From: the human T2T-CHM13v2.0 reference genome, Homo sapiens
NCBI RefSeq assembly: GCF_009914755.1
Contig: NC_060928.1
Length of the DNA stretch: 64,000 nucleotides
Reading direction: 5' to 3' (one strand)
Shown: piece after piece, positions 15,023 through 28,399 of the stretch
Numbering within the stretch: the first letter of the stretch is position 1
Layout of the letters: each line of letters begins with the position of its first letter
Notes under the pieces: model-generated
Databases searched by the model: none
The model's input: the letters and a program-made list of their open reading frames with translations, nothing else
Told to the model about the DNA's origin: nothing
Program-made: the position numbers and the translations under genes

Positions 15023-16922
15023 TCATATATTAAATTATAAAGCTTATAAATAATAACATTGTTTTGCCCAATCAAAAAGTACATCAAGACAATCTCCAGA
15101 ATGAAATATCTAACAATCAGCAATTTCTTTGTATTTCAAAGATCTACATTTAAGCTCCTTTTCTCCATGTGATCCTGCCTTTAAGGTTAAGCATGAGGTA
15201 GTTATATTTTTATTGATGAATTCAAGAAAACTATCCATTCCCATTCGCTAAATATTACCCTCTTTTTGAAAACTGGCTAGAATGTAAAATGGGCAAAAGC
15301 CTTAATGGCCACAGAACTCTGACACTGAGCCTGACACTCCTGGTCCATATTTCATCAGTGCATAGCTATCACAGACTTTCTTAGTCTTGACCACTCCATG
15401 AGCATACTGCTTTAAATTCACAAGCCCTCCTGGTTCTCGTACATAAGCCCTATATGTGGAAGTGACATCATTAACAAAAGCCTGAACTGACAACAATAAG
15501 CTCAAAAACAAATTACCTCCATGTTCCTCGGTTACATATTTATGAAATCAGTAGGTTGCACAAAGATCAGTGGTGTTCAAGTTGACTACACTTCAGTATT
15601 AGTTTAAAAGCTTCACAAAAATACCTATTTTGGGCCTTATCCATATTATCATAGTGGAAATAGTAGAAATCATAGTGGAAATCACCTGACTACAGGGCAC
15701 AGGGATGTGAATTTTCTAAGAGCTACAAAGATGGCTTATGGGTCTTCTTTTAGAAACCACAAGACTAGATAGTATCTAAAGTTCATTTCATCTCAAAAAC
15801 ACTAAGAGTTCTTAAATACCAAAGAAATAAGATGATAGCTATACTGTCTTTATACATCTTTATATAACTTCTCACTGGTTTTTGCCAGATGACATGCCAT
15901 ACATGGTATTGGTTGATTTATAGTATTTTATTTAATTAATTCCACAACTCTATAGGACAGCATTGTTTCATTTGACAAATCACAATACCAAGGTCTACTT
16001 ACCCATATTCACGTGGCAAAGGGTGGTACAGCCAATAAATAATCTCAAGCGTATCTGACTGTAAATACTTTGTTGTTATTACTATTATATTGCACTGTCT
16101 CTCTACTTAGTTTACTATAACACGTAATGAAAACATTCATGCCATTGGAATTGCTGAGATACCAAATGCTACTGTGTAGATTATCAAAATGTCCCTCTTA
16201 AAACGCCCAAAGAATGTTTTAGGGAAGTAAAGGGAATGATGACAAAGGAAAAAAAAAGAAGTAAAGTTATTTATTAAGACCTATAAAAACCTGTGATGAT
16301 ATGCGTTTCTGAAAATTCAATTTGACTCAACTATGTCAGTGCTCTATAAAACATTATTTTATGGTCAATTCACAAAATTTTAAAGATGCGAAGATAAAAA
16401 TCAATGAAGTACAATTTTAAGTAAGAAGTACAATAAAATTCTGATATATTGACTAATTATTGTTTTAGTAAAAGGTAATCTGGCCTTTTTGCCAATTTTA
16501 ATCACTACTAAAAGCATTTGATATGCCCCCTTTATTCCAAGATTAGTGGCCTTGGCCATTTGCATATAGGTTGATAAATTGAATTTAGCCAAAGTATTCA
16601 TTAAGAAAATAGCTGTGTTTTTTTAAATACTCTCACATATACATGTATACACACACACATAATGCAGATATTTCCAAACAAGATCATATGGTGTAGTAAT
16701 TTTGCTGCACTCTACTTTTTTATCTTTTTTTTATATTGGACTCTCAAGTTTCCTTATTTTATTTTACAATATTGATCATATGGAACACTGTGGTAAGTCC
16801 TAAGATTATAAGGTAAACAACGCACTATTACAGAGCATAGATTATATGAGGAGCTAGCTGCAAACAAAGGGGCAGGTAGTGACAATATTGTGTGACAGGT
16901 GCTCTATTAAAGAATGAATGCA

Positions 16923-17211
16923 GACTGGGCACGGTGGCTCATGCCTGTAATTCCAGCAATTTGGGAGGCAGAGGCAGGCAGATCACCTGAGGCCAGGCGT
17001 TTGAGACCAGTCTGGCCAACCTGGTGAAACTCCATCTCTACTGAAAATACAAAAATTAGCCGGGCGTGGTTGCGTGCTCCTGTAGTCCCAGCTACTTGGG
17101 AGGATGAGACAGGAGAATCACTTGAACCTGGGAGGTGTAGTGAGCTGAGATGGAGCCACTGCACTCCAGTCTGGAAGACAGAGCAAGACTCTGTCTCAAG
17201 AAAACAAACAA
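16923..17211 (+). mobile_element. Alu, AluSx-type, full length
   Basis: Dimeric Alu with gatcacctgagg..cagg. TSD aaagaatgaatgca (before 16923) / aaacaatgaatgca (17212-17225). Confidence 0.95.
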
Positions 17212-17408
17212 AAACAATGAATGCAAATAGTCACAAAAAGCGTGTAATAAAAAGTTTAACTCAATATTTTGATATTTGGCAGTTTTTAAAACACACCAGT
17301 CCTTTACCTTCTGTATCTTACTGGGCTAAGCTGATAAGAAAACTGAGATGCTCTCTACTTTGGCACCAGTGGGAGATTCAAAGCACACAAGCACCTGCCC
17401 ACACAATC

Positions 17409-17477
17409 CATATATATACATATATATATGTGTATGTGTGTGTGTGTATATATATAGTATGTATATATGTATATATG
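17409..17477. repeat. Compound (TA)n/(TG)n microsatellite
   Basis: Directly visible alternating purine-pyrimidine tract. Confidence 0.9.
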
Positions 17478-17724
17478 AAAATATTTTCAATCACCCCTAA
17501 ATAATAATGTGCATGAAGGCTTTACGGTAACAATTTAAGAAATTTTTAAGGCATAGACTAAAACTGTTGTTACATTCTAAGTCACAACTCTATTTTTTTT
17601 TAATGTTTGTAAAAGGTTAGAATAACCTTAACCTCTCTTACAGGATTTGAGAAGTAGGAAATGAAGTGATAGCTCTGTGTGTGTATATGTGTGTGTCTGT
17701 GTGTGTGTTTTATAAAAAAAATTA

Positions 17725-18150
17725 AACAAATTGATTTGTAATTGACAAATACAAATTGTATCTATTTATTGTGCAAACCGTGATTCTTTAAAATACATGT
17801 ACATTGTAGATTGGCCCAACAGAGCAAATTAACATGTGCATTAGCTCACATACTTTATGTGGTGAGAACACTTGAAATATACATAGTGATTTTTTTAAGA
17901 ATATGGTGCATTGATGTTAACTGTAGTCACCATGTTGCAGGATAGATCTCTTGAACATACATCCCTTCTATCTAACTGAAATTTTGTATCCTTTAACCAA
18001 AATCTCCCAATCCTCATTCCACCCCAGCCTCTGGGAAGTACCATTCCACTCTCTATTTCTGAGTTCTGTTTTTTTTAGATTCCACATGAGTGAAATTATG
18101 TGGTATTTGTCTTTCTGTGCTTGGCTTATTGTACTTAACATAATGTCCTC
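17725..18150 (-). mobile_element. L1MA8/9-type 3' UTR fragment
   Basis: gtggtgagaacacttgaaat...actgtagtcaccatgttg..atagatctcttgaac...tttagattccacatgagtga...tttgtctttctgtgcttggcttatt..acttaacataatgtcctcc. Confidence 0.85.
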
Positions 18151-18412
18151 CTTTTTTTTTATTAAGCATAGGAAGTGCAAATGTAAACTGATTGAGTATA
18201 TTTGTTCCCAACACCACGTGCACTATCTGTCCCTGAAATTAGCTCCTCAGAACCTGCACTTGCCAAGGCCACTGAAATCAACAGAATTTTAAAAGATATT
18301 ATCAAAGGATACAGAGAAGACACCACTATAGGAGTAGAAAAACAACACTGGAAGACACTAGAAATGTTCAAGAAGGAGGACATATTCAATATTGGAACTA
18401 AAAATAAACTAC

Positions 18413-18490
18413 TGTTGGCAGTGGCCAATCCATACTGGTCTGCAGCATCTTGATTCTTGCCTCCTTGAAGGAAATAATTTGTCTAAGGGA
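18413..18490 (-). mobile_element. ERV1 LTR terminal fragment, MER51/MER4-group-like
   Basis: tgttggcagtggccaatccatactggtctgcagcatcttgattcttgcctccttgaaggaaataattt resembles the reverse complement of the MER51 3' end. Confidence 0.65.
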
Positions 18491-20039
18491 GAACTAATAT
18501 CATGGCACTTTCTTTTTTGTCTGGAAATTTGTCTTAACAAAAAATAACCTAAGAATGGATATTTGAACACCCTATTTCCTACTAAGATAACTTAAAATAT
18601 ATAATGGGAACAAATTATGTAATATCATTGCAAGTTGGAGAATAGCTCAAAGCACCCATTTGGTACAGTGAAGACAAGCAGATTTAGAAAAATATGCTGG
18701 CCTGTTGAGTTATCTACATGAATCAACTTAAAAGGGAAAAGAGGAAAGATGTTTTCTCTCATACGCTTCTCTTCCCCTCCCATGATCCCTCCCATTGTAG
18801 ATGAAGAGAAGTATAGCTTGCTCACCATTTTCAACTAACGAAACTGGGGTGGTAGGTGTGGGGGGCAGTGGTTAAGACTACCAGAATGAATGAAATATAT
18901 AGACACTGATGCCTTAAACAAAAAACAAGTTATTAGCATTTTGAGAATATTGTCACAATTTATATGATCAAGAAAATCTGTAGTATCTTCTTCCAATTTT
19001 ACTATGAACCTCATCCTGCAAACAGCTGAACATAAAGTTTAGTATATTTCTTAAAATGTGCCTTTCATGTGTGGGAATTTCTTTGGCTATTATTCCTATT
19101 AAAACGATTAGTAAGTTTTCAGGTCTATAAAGATGCCTATTAAGTTGATTAAAAAGCCATCATTAAATAAAACTAAAGCACATTTACATACACAAATATT
19201 CACAAAACAACAAAAAGTAACTGGACTAATCTGCTTTTTAGATGGACAATTTCTTAATAAGAGATTATTCAGTGCTCATATTGATTTATTATTGTTGAGA
19301 GTACACTGTCCAAGACATAACTTTTACTGTGTCTACAATTTACATTTGCCCATATATTTAAAAAAGCAGACGAATTTGCCTGCTTATTAAAATCGTCATT
19401 TTTGTCTCTACTGGGAAGTAAACAAAACAGTATTAAGTCCTCAGAAGAGTAAAACGTGAGGATTTTAATATTGAAGCAAACTCTTATGTATCCTTATGTA
19501 AAATAAACAATTATATAGATTATGAAATTTGTAAAATATAAAACTAGATCTCCAGAGCCATTTGGTTCTGAGTTGAAGTGTGCTTATTAATATGTCACTT
19601 ATCATACTGAACCTTTCAGATTCGCTGAATAACTAGGCAAATCATTTCACTTATATAACTTGCTTTTCATTGGCTAGCAGTAGGTGCAGTGAGGTCGATG
19701 ATCAAGAATGGAAATTTAGTTTTTAAACAAAAGTGAGGCATCTCTTACACCAAATTTATGAGCACTGTTACTTTGCTATTTTTATCATAGCATTTTTAAG
19801 ATAGCTAAATAATACTAATAAAACTGTGTGTGAAAGCATTCCTCTATCAACTTAAATAAATATTCCTGGACATTACTAAATATTTGCTAATACTAAATAC
19901 AATGAAGATCAATCTTTTAGCTATATATCAAGGAGAATCTTGGTTTTTGGTTCATTTGGAACCAAGATATAATAAATTATTTTTCCCAAAATGTTGTTTT
20001 TTCTTATTTTACCCTGAATTTTTTCTTTTATTCTTTTTC

Positions 20040-20464
20040 TTTTTTTTTGAGGTTTTTTTAATTATACTTTAAGTTTTAGGGTACATGTGCACAATGTGCA
20101 GGTTAGTTACATAGGTATACATGTGCCATGCTGCTGTGCTGCACCCATTAACTCGTCATTTAGCATTAGGTATATCTCCTAATGCTATCCCTTCCCCCTC
20201 CCCCCACCCCACAACAGTCCCCAGAGTGTGATGTTCCCCTTCCTGTGTCCATGTGTTCTCACTGTTCAATTCCCATCTATGAGTGAGAACATGTGGTGTT
20301 TGATTTTTTTGTCCTTGCGATAGTTTACTGAGAATGATGATTTCCAGTTTCATCCATGTCCCTACAAAGGAGATGAACTCATCATTTTTTATGGCTGCAT
20401 AGTATTGGAACCAACCCAAATGTCCAACAATGATAGACTGGATTAAGAAAATGTGGCACAAATA
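20040..20464 (-). mobile_element. 5'-truncated L1PA2/3-type element with 5' inversion (twin priming)
   Basis: Poly-T then reverse-complement L1PA 3' UTR to ~20406, followed by plus-strand L1 segment ttggaaccaacccaaatgtcc...gtggcaca. 15-bp TSD cttttattctttttc at 20025-20039 and 20465-20479. Confidence 0.95.
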
Positions 20465-21714
20465 CTTTTATTCTTTTTCATAATAACTTTTTAAAATATA
20501 GGTTGAAGTTTGAACTTTTAAATATGAGATTACTCTACTATCTCAGATATATTTTTAAATTGTCATTTTTATATATTTTTATAAATTTTTATTATTTTTA
20601 CATAAAAGCATAATAAAATGAAACAGCAGAAGGAAATCAGAAGAAAGAATAGAAGTGAAGAGGACTTACCTTATAAAATTTTTCATTTTCAAAAATTTCA
20701 ATATTTCAAATTAAGGGATTTTATTCATGCTTAAGAAGGTCTGTAAATCATCTACTTCTCAAAAGGGAAATGTTAAGAACTGGAAATCATAGAGGGTATA
20801 TGATTTAAAACTATGCTCTGGAGAAATGAAACAATTTTTTAAGTCAAATGACTTTAAAGTGGTTGTTTAAATGACATCTTCTAGAATTTTGACATATGAT
20901 TTGCTAGATGTTTGTGGAAACAATGTTTATTGATTTTTATTTGGATAGCTTATCTTTGGCCTTTTTATTTCTTATTTACAGACTCATTAATAGGGTAATA
21001 TCGTTCACAGCATCTTCCCTCCACTTCAGTTATAAGATTCCCTTCAGTTTATATATTTGATCTTGAGAAAAGTACATAATTAAGAAGTGATAGTTCACAG
21101 AGAATGTTTCAATATACAGTATTTTTAAATGAGGTTGTAGTACCCTAAGGGACCCATTCTAAATCTTCAAAAGTGTTTTTAATTGCTGTGTTTTAGGTAA
21201 ATGTGTTTATTTATCACTTGCAGTTATGTAATAGCAAGTTATAACTGTTTCCCGCTTCACTCTTTAAAATATTAAACAATGGTAACTAAGAAGACACTTG
21301 AACATCTAAGATGATTTAGAGCACACAATATTTCATTGTAAATGTTGTCTTATACCTTTTATTCCATTAAAGGCAGGGTATCTATCTGCCATGCAGAAGA
21401 ATAATTTTATATCTGACTTTTTAGATACATTTGAGGTAGTGAGGTGTGTGATGTGCAAGGGAATCATATCACAAATATAATATTTTACAGTATTGGACTG
21501 TTTTAACTCTTCATATTTGCCTAAACAGTATAATCAATTCATATATTTATCTTAAAACTTACACTCATTCAAAAAAATGTTTCATAGTCAATTCATACGT
21601 AAGTCCAAAGGTGACCTATTTATTCCATTAAACCTACTTGTCACATTGCATTTCTGATCTCGGTTATTCTACCTGAGGAACCAAAATAGAAACTCCTGAT
21701 AAATGTTTGACACT

Positions 21715-22155
21715 TTTCTCCCCTTCAGTCTCACATCCAATTTCTTATCAAATCTTTTCTACTCCACCTGAAAGATCTATCTTCATTGTTTTCAGATTTT
21801 CTTCTGCTCTATATCATGGGCAATATTTTGAAAACAGCCATCTGGCCTCCAGTCTCTCCTCATGCTAGCCCACCATTCTGAGTCTATTACTTGTCTGTCA
21901 ACACCAGATAATGCAATGCAGTTGCAAAATCCAATAATGATTCTAAATTTTCACCAAGATAAAAGTCCAACTTTAATATTACAGAAGTTAACATAATGTA
22001 CCATAGCCTGCTTCCTCTGATCTCCTTACCTCTATAAATGCCACTTTCTATGTTTACATTATTTGTCTTCTCATATCACTCCATGAATGGATTGTTCCAC
22101 TGACAGTTTTGCTTCAAAATTCGGGTCAGATGTTACATTCTCTAGAAAACTTCCC
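21715..22155 (+). mobile_element. L2 LINE relic
   Basis: cacatccaatt..atcaaatct...ctggcctccagtctctc...gataaaagtccaact...tcagatgttacattctctagaaaacttccc follows the L2 3' region. Confidence 0.55.
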
Positions 22156-22354
22156 ATCATTCTCTTATTCCATAGAGGCACAACTTTTTGTTTTTGGTTT
22201 TGGTTTTGGTTTTGTTCTGTTTCGTTTTTAGCTAGGCATATGATTGCTTGGTATAGATACTATATTTCCTACTAGACATCCTTGAAGTCACTTGTAGATC
22301 ATACATGAAGTTTGAGGAAATAAAACGTAAGTTAACATGTCACATTTTTCTTTA

Positions 22355-23252
22355 TTCATTTAAGCATTTATTAAATGTTAGACATGGTAATACAATACAC
22401 ATGAGGTATAAAAAGATGAATATTACAACAATTACCTTTTTATTATTGTCTAGTACACACAATCTCTTATAAATAAAAGGTGCTAAGTAAATCTTTATTG
22501 CATGAATAAATCATATGCACTTCATGGAAGCTTTGGGAAGCCTTTCTTAGAGGATGATTGATGCACGCCCCTTGTTCTCTTTCACTGAAGCTTCAGCCTT
22601 CTTGATGGCTGAAACTTCAATATGATGGTGACAACAAAAATGAAATGGTTGGTACTCTAGCAATGACCTGCAGTGAAGGGAAGCACTGTTTCCTACAATG
22701 AAGAGTTGGAATAAGCCTGGGACTCTGAGAGCCCTGTGAGCCAGAACCTACGTATTAGCACTAGACTGCCATCTCTAGACTTTTACATGTGTGAGACATA
22801 AATAAAATTCTCACATAAAATATTCATGATTTTTTGCCTCTGTTACCTGCAATACAACTTAGTATTAGGATTCCCTCCTCAATTCCAAATTGTTGCCTTT
22901 ATTTACTCAGCACTCTTACTACCACCTGCACATTCACTTAATACAGTATACCACTCTGTGTTGCAATTATTTGTTTATGACTTTCTTCTACTCTATGTGC
23001 TCAAAATGTTACAAATTCAGCTGCATTTTAATAATTAATACTGTATTTACTTAATGTTTCACTAATTTAAACATATTTCCTCATTCATTTAAGCATTTAT
23101 TGAATGTCAGACAGGATAATACAATATATATGAGGGAAAAAAAGATGAATATTACAAAGCTTACCTTTTTGTTATTTTCTAGCACAAACAATCCCTTATA
23201 AATAAAAGGGGCTAAGTAAATCTTTATTGCACGAATAAATCAAATGCACTTC
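22355..23252 (+). repeat. Non-tandem direct duplication of 169 bp (22355-22523 and 23084-23252)
   Basis: Ungapped alignment by eye at offset 729, about 19 mismatches in 169 nt. Confidence 0.9.
22565..22860 (+). mobile_element. Old MaLR LTR fragment (MLT1J/K-like)
   Basis: agcctgggactctga...ctagactgccatctctagacttttacatgtgtgagacataaataaaattct...tctgttacctgca. Confidence 0.55.
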
Positions 23253-23470
23253 TCAAATGATTGTGATGTTGGTTACTCCAACTTATTTATATTACAAGGC
23301 AATTTAACTTAGTAGAGCACTGAGAAAGGGCATCTTAGACAAATTACGGTGCCCTCATCTCACAGTAAACCAACTCAAAATCAAAGAAAGACAATACAGC
23401 CATTTTCAGTACTGTCCTCATACAGTTTTTTAAATATTGTGCAAATATTAGGTGAATTAAATTACAGCAC

Positions 23471-24210
23471 TGATATGGTCTGGGTCTGTGTCTTTGCCCA
23501 AATCTCATGTAGAATTGTCATCCCCAGTGTTGGAGGTAGGGCCTGGTAGGAGGTGATTGGATCATGGAGTGGAGTTCTCCTGAATGGCTTAGTACAGGGG
23601 TCCTCAACCCCTGTGCCACAGATGGGTACCAGTCCCTTGCCTGTTAGGAACTGGGCACACAGTGGGAGATGAACTATGGGCAAGTGAGCCTTACCTCCTG
23701 AGCTCTGCCTCCTGTCAGATCAGTGGTGGCATTAGATTCTCATAGGAACGCACACCCTATTGTGAACTGTGCATGCGAGGGATGTAGGTTGTGCACTCCT
23801 TAAGAGAATCTAATGCCTGATGACCTGAGGTAGAACGGTTTCATCCTGAAACCATCCCGACCCCACCGCTCTCGTGTGGAAAAATTGTCTTCCTCAAAAT
23901 TGATCCCTGGTGCCGAAACAGTTGGGATGGCTGGTTTAGTACCATGGGATTCACTCACCATAAAATGAGTGAGACCAAGTTGTTTAAAAGTGTGTGGTAC
24001 CTCCCTTCTCTCTCTCTCTTCCTCCTGCTCTGGCCATGTATAATGTGCCTGATTCCCCTTCACCTTCTGCCATAATTGTAAGTCTCCTGAGGCCTCCCCT
24101 GCTCTTCTTCTTGCATAGCCTCCAGAACCATGAGCCAATTAAACCTCTTTTCTTTATAAATTACCCAATCCCGGATATTTCTTTATATAGTGTGAAAATG
24201 GAGTAATGCA
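23471..24210 (+). mobile_element. MaLR solo LTR, MSTA/MSTB-like, interrupted by MER1B
   Basis: Starts tgatatggtctgggtctgtgtc..cccaaatctcatg. Ends ccatgagccaattaaacctcttttctttataaattaccca...gagtaatgca. Confidence 0.9.
23595..23933 (+). mobile_element. MER1B non-autonomous hAT-Charlie DNA transposon
   Basis: 339 bp with termini caggggtcctcaacc ... gttgggatggctg. 8-bp hAT-type TSD gcttagta (23587-23594) / gtttagta (23934-23941). Confidence 0.92.
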
Positions 24211-24221
24211 AGTGACTATGA

Positions 24222-24780
24222 TATTATAGCGAAGTAAATCAGCCTCAGAATGCATTTTAAAACTTTTTTTTTTTTTTTTTGCTTTCTAGATATCAGCCTT
24301 GAAACACACTTTGAAACTATTTGTTTATCTCTTTCCTGCCAGGAATTTGGGTGAACGGTGTTTGCTTATCTAATTATGTGCTTGTTTAGAAATCCCAGGA
24401 GTCAATTTCCAACAACCCAAGCAGAGAGATCCAGCTGCAGAATTTTCCTACTTAGGGAAAGTACAAACAATAGCCCACCAATGCTGGGCCAAAGTCAGGA
24501 TGACACAAAACACACCTCCTCTGGGTGATTACTGAAGATAACTATCGGAACAGGCTCACAGACCTTCACCTCCCTGCACCACTCCCCATAGTTCCCACAT
24601 CTTTTCTTTCTTAAACCCCTTCACTCAGCCCAAAACGTTGGAATTGTCTCCTAAAGGCATGAACCATGCCATTGCCCATCTGCTAGCATTTGATTAATAG
24701 AAGTGCTTTCCTTTCACCAAACCTCTGTTCTTTTGTTTTCAACCTCTGAGTGACACACAGCCAGATGCGTGCTGGTTACA
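24222..24780 (+). mobile_element. ERV1 (MER4-group-like) solo LTR, subfamily not assigned
   Basis: LTR-like layout with taaacccc box, polyA region ttaatagaagtgctttcctttcacca and 3' end ...ggttaca. Confidence 0.65.
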
Positions 24781-25043
24781 ATACGTTTCCAAAACATGGC
24801 AATACGTAATTTTAAAAACAAATATTTCTATGAAGTCTAAATTAGTATATCACCACTTAACTTAAATGTCAATTTTAAGAAACTAAGTGAAAAGAGTTAA
24901 GTGATAATCTGATAAGAATGTTCAAAGTATTTGCCAGGTCTATTTAAGGTAAATTTTCATTCAGTCTTTTCTATGCATGAACTTTCCCACAATACCTTCC
25001 TTTAAAAGATATCTCATAAACTACACCTTATTCATTTTTCACG

Positions 25044-25044
25044 A

Positions 25045-25069
<25 letters not shown>
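25044..25069. repeat. (AT)n microsatellite
   Basis: Directly visible. Confidence 0.95.
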
Positions 25070-25075
<6 letters not shown>

Positions 25076-26819
25076 CCACATTTAAGAAAATTACATTGGT
25101 CTCCTTATTGGATTGGCAGTCATGAGAAAGCCATATTTGAGTGAAAAAATACCAAGCTGGTAGGATTTGATGGTTCTAGGCAAGACGCCTTCTTAAGTAT
25201 CTGACTTAGAGCTCAGCTAACAAAATTCTATTTAACCAAAATGCCAATATAAAAAAACCAATCACTATAGAAAGTACAATTAGGTTTAATTAGTGGAATG
25301 CAAATGATGTCAATTTATAACCTTATAGTTAGGTATGAATTATATCTGTCTGTCTACCTATCTATTCATCTATCAATCTATTTATCTGGCTAGGTGAATG
25401 GGGAAAGAAGATCTAGCTAGTGTACTGGAGGAGTAATCTTTTGAGCAGCTATAAATTAGCAGCAGCATATCAGGAAACTGAATAAAAGAGTTTCATGAAT
25501 GAAAAGAAAGTCAAGCATGCTTCTGAGAACAAGAAAATTCACAGCTATGCTGGGACTGAAATTAGCTTTTCTCTTTGAATTTTTTGCTATTTTGTGAAGA
25601 ATATTTCGTTTAGAAAACCTGACTAAGTATTTGAAGTTATTATTAATACCATACACAGAGAATTATACACTTCACAAATAACTTTCATCTACATTATCTC
25701 ATTTGATTCTCTTCACAACCTAAGCCAGTCCATTTACAAACTCGAGGTAAACACCAAGGTTAATGATTTAACCTCCATTTTACATAAGCAAATTACAAAG
25801 ATTCTAAGAAATATAGATCATACACTTTATAATTATTAACTCACTAAGCATTGTTATTAAGAAAATATTATCATATTCAATTACAAATGGAGTTTAATAT
25901 TGGGTGCAATTTAGGGTCACTATGAAAGATACAGTGTTTTAATGTTTTGGAGTAGTCCAAAGTGTCACAATGATTCAGATGTTTGAGAAGAGGTTTATGA
26001 GAGAAAGTCATTATTGGGGCAAACATGTAAATGAATCATCAGTGAAAATGAGTTAATGAAGTGAGAATGCTCACTTTTGACAGTGGAAAAACACAATAAA
26101 AATACACTTCCATAAAGCAGAGAGAGTGAGATAAGGAGTGGGCTGAAATGTGAGAAGAGCTGTAGGAGGGGGAATGTGGGGGATATTTTAAAAATAAAAG
26201 TTGCTTGAACTTGATGTAAAGGCAAGGAAGAGTAGAATGTGAGATGTGAAATTTTAGATACTGAAAATCTCAGTTTGTTTATCAACCAGGTATCATTCTG
26301 CCAACAGTAGAACTGTAAATCTCGAGCTTTCTTTAAAAAAATTAAAGCCTTTTATCACTTTTAAAAAGTTTATTAGAGCTGAGTGAGAATATTTATAACC
26401 AAATAGAACTGTCTCACTATTTTACCCTATTTTATTTTTTATCAAACTGACTTTTCATTAACAGCTTCCATAAACATTGATTCTTTTATAAATAAGTGAC
26501 ATTGTCTGTGAGGATGTAGACAGCCCCTCATCATATGTGTGTTGCTAATATTTGAGTGACCATTCTAGTTGAAATAAATAAGCTCCAAAATCACTGCTTT
26601 AAACCTTTTGAGAAATAGTTACTATGTAATGCAAAGCTCATATTTAAAGAGAATAACTGGAATTTTCCCAGAATGCAGTGTGCAAGACTTCCTCCCATCC
26701 AGTTTTGGCATGTCATGTAATGCAGGTCATAACCAATTAATTATCCAAACAGAAGGTATTTATAAGGCAGTATTTTGTGGTAACAAATTAAAGGAAAGGG
26801 CAGTTTCATCCAAAATAAA

Positions 26820-27049
26820 ATAGGGTAGAATAGTGCTGGAGTTGAGAAGATCTGGATTTAAATATCATCCTTGTCATTTCTTTAGTTGTGTGAATTTTCT
26901 CAACTGGTTCAACCTATTTTTACCTGTATTTATAAACCATAAAATGATTTCAATGATAAATACATCATGATGCTGTTTGTGACAAATAAAAGAGGAGCCA
27001 AAACAAAGTCTGGCATATAGTAGGTTCTCAATAAATGGGAGCAATTATT
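26820..27049 (+). mobile_element. MIR SINE relic
   Basis: tggagttgagaagatctggatttaaat...ttagttgtgtga...cataaaatg...gtctggcatatagtaggttctcaataaatgggagcaattatt. Confidence 0.7.
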
Positions 27050-27741
27050 CTTAGCAATAGAACCAAGAATAGAATACAATACTGTTCCCTACTGATGTTG
27101 TACTTAGGGTGTCATCTTTCTCCAAAAGAGAAAGGTGGAAAATCATCAATATTAAATGAATGAGATGATCTTTTAGGAATATGCCCAGATTTATTTTTGA
27201 GGATTAATGAGGTTATCAATATTATCTTTGCTTTCCCTTCCTGCCTTTTCCACTTGGGCTGACTTGGTTTCCCTTCTTGCTTTTTCTTCTTGGCCTTTCC
27301 CTTCTTGACTCACTTGGGCTGAAATGATTTTCTCATAATTTGAGTAGAATACCTCTTCTGGCAACTTCAAAATGAATAAAAGAATCATATTTATATTGGG
27401 GAAAAAATCCAATCATTTAGTTACTAATGGATTTCCAGTGAAACACTTGGAATAGGCAATGATCAAAACAACTTGCAGCAAAATCACATTTAATAGCATG
27501 TAGATATGAAGGAATTAAACTCCTGCCACCTAAACCCAAGAACCACTACATCTTCCTTGGTTGGTTTTATACTTAACCTATTCTTATTTGTTTAAGATTT
27601 CCAGTGATTCACTCTACTTTACTTTCCTTTGAATATATGCTGGCTTTGTTCCTTTTTGGGAACAATTTTGTAGTATAATTTCTAACTGTGGAATAAAACA
27701 AGATTGTCACACATTTCCTGATCCACCCTAAATGTATTCAT

Positions 27742-27743
<2 letters not shown>

Positions 27744-27780
<37 letters not shown>
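27744..27780. repeat. (CA)n microsatellite, about 18 units, perfect
   Basis: Directly visible. Confidence 0.97.
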
Positions 27781-27782
<2 letters not shown>

Positions 27783-28399
27783 TCAAAAGCAAAAGCAATA
27801 ATAGTGTCAAATACACCACAAAAGATTTTATTATGAAAAACATATAGGTAAAATGTAGCAACTATGTGTTTTACAAAATGTTCTATTATTGCATAAAACT
27901 GTCTTTGCTCTATCACCTTCTAAAGCTTCTTACACTCTTTCTTGGTGTTAAGTCAAACCTGCAAATGCTTTATCTGTTCTCCATATCATTAGAGCTCCAT
28001 CTTCCATACATATTTTAAGATAGACCTTCCCTCCACAATTATTACCCCCACAGTCTTAATGTAACCAGTGAACATGGACAGCAGCAGTCCAATATACATT
28101 CACATTATCAAAACATGATGGAAGCTGTAGATATGCCTAAATGTCCATGTTAGTACATATTTTGTCTAGTAGAGTCCTCGATTCTTGTACATGTTTGATT
28201 TACAGAGTGCTACTTGGACCTTTATGGACAAGTAGAAATAATTGACTTAGCAAATTTGTTGTATTTTCAGGCCATTTGTTCAGAATAGGAGTCATATCTA
28301 TTTAAATTACATACTTGGCATAATTTCATTGATTAAGACATATTAAAGAATAGAGGGCAAAAACTTTTTCTTCAAAAAGTCCTACCTTTAGCACTGTAA

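Noticed and set aside
15302-15511. 69-aa minus-strand ORF with protein-like composition
   Set aside because: No recognisable homology, non-ATG start and no canonical splice donor at its end.
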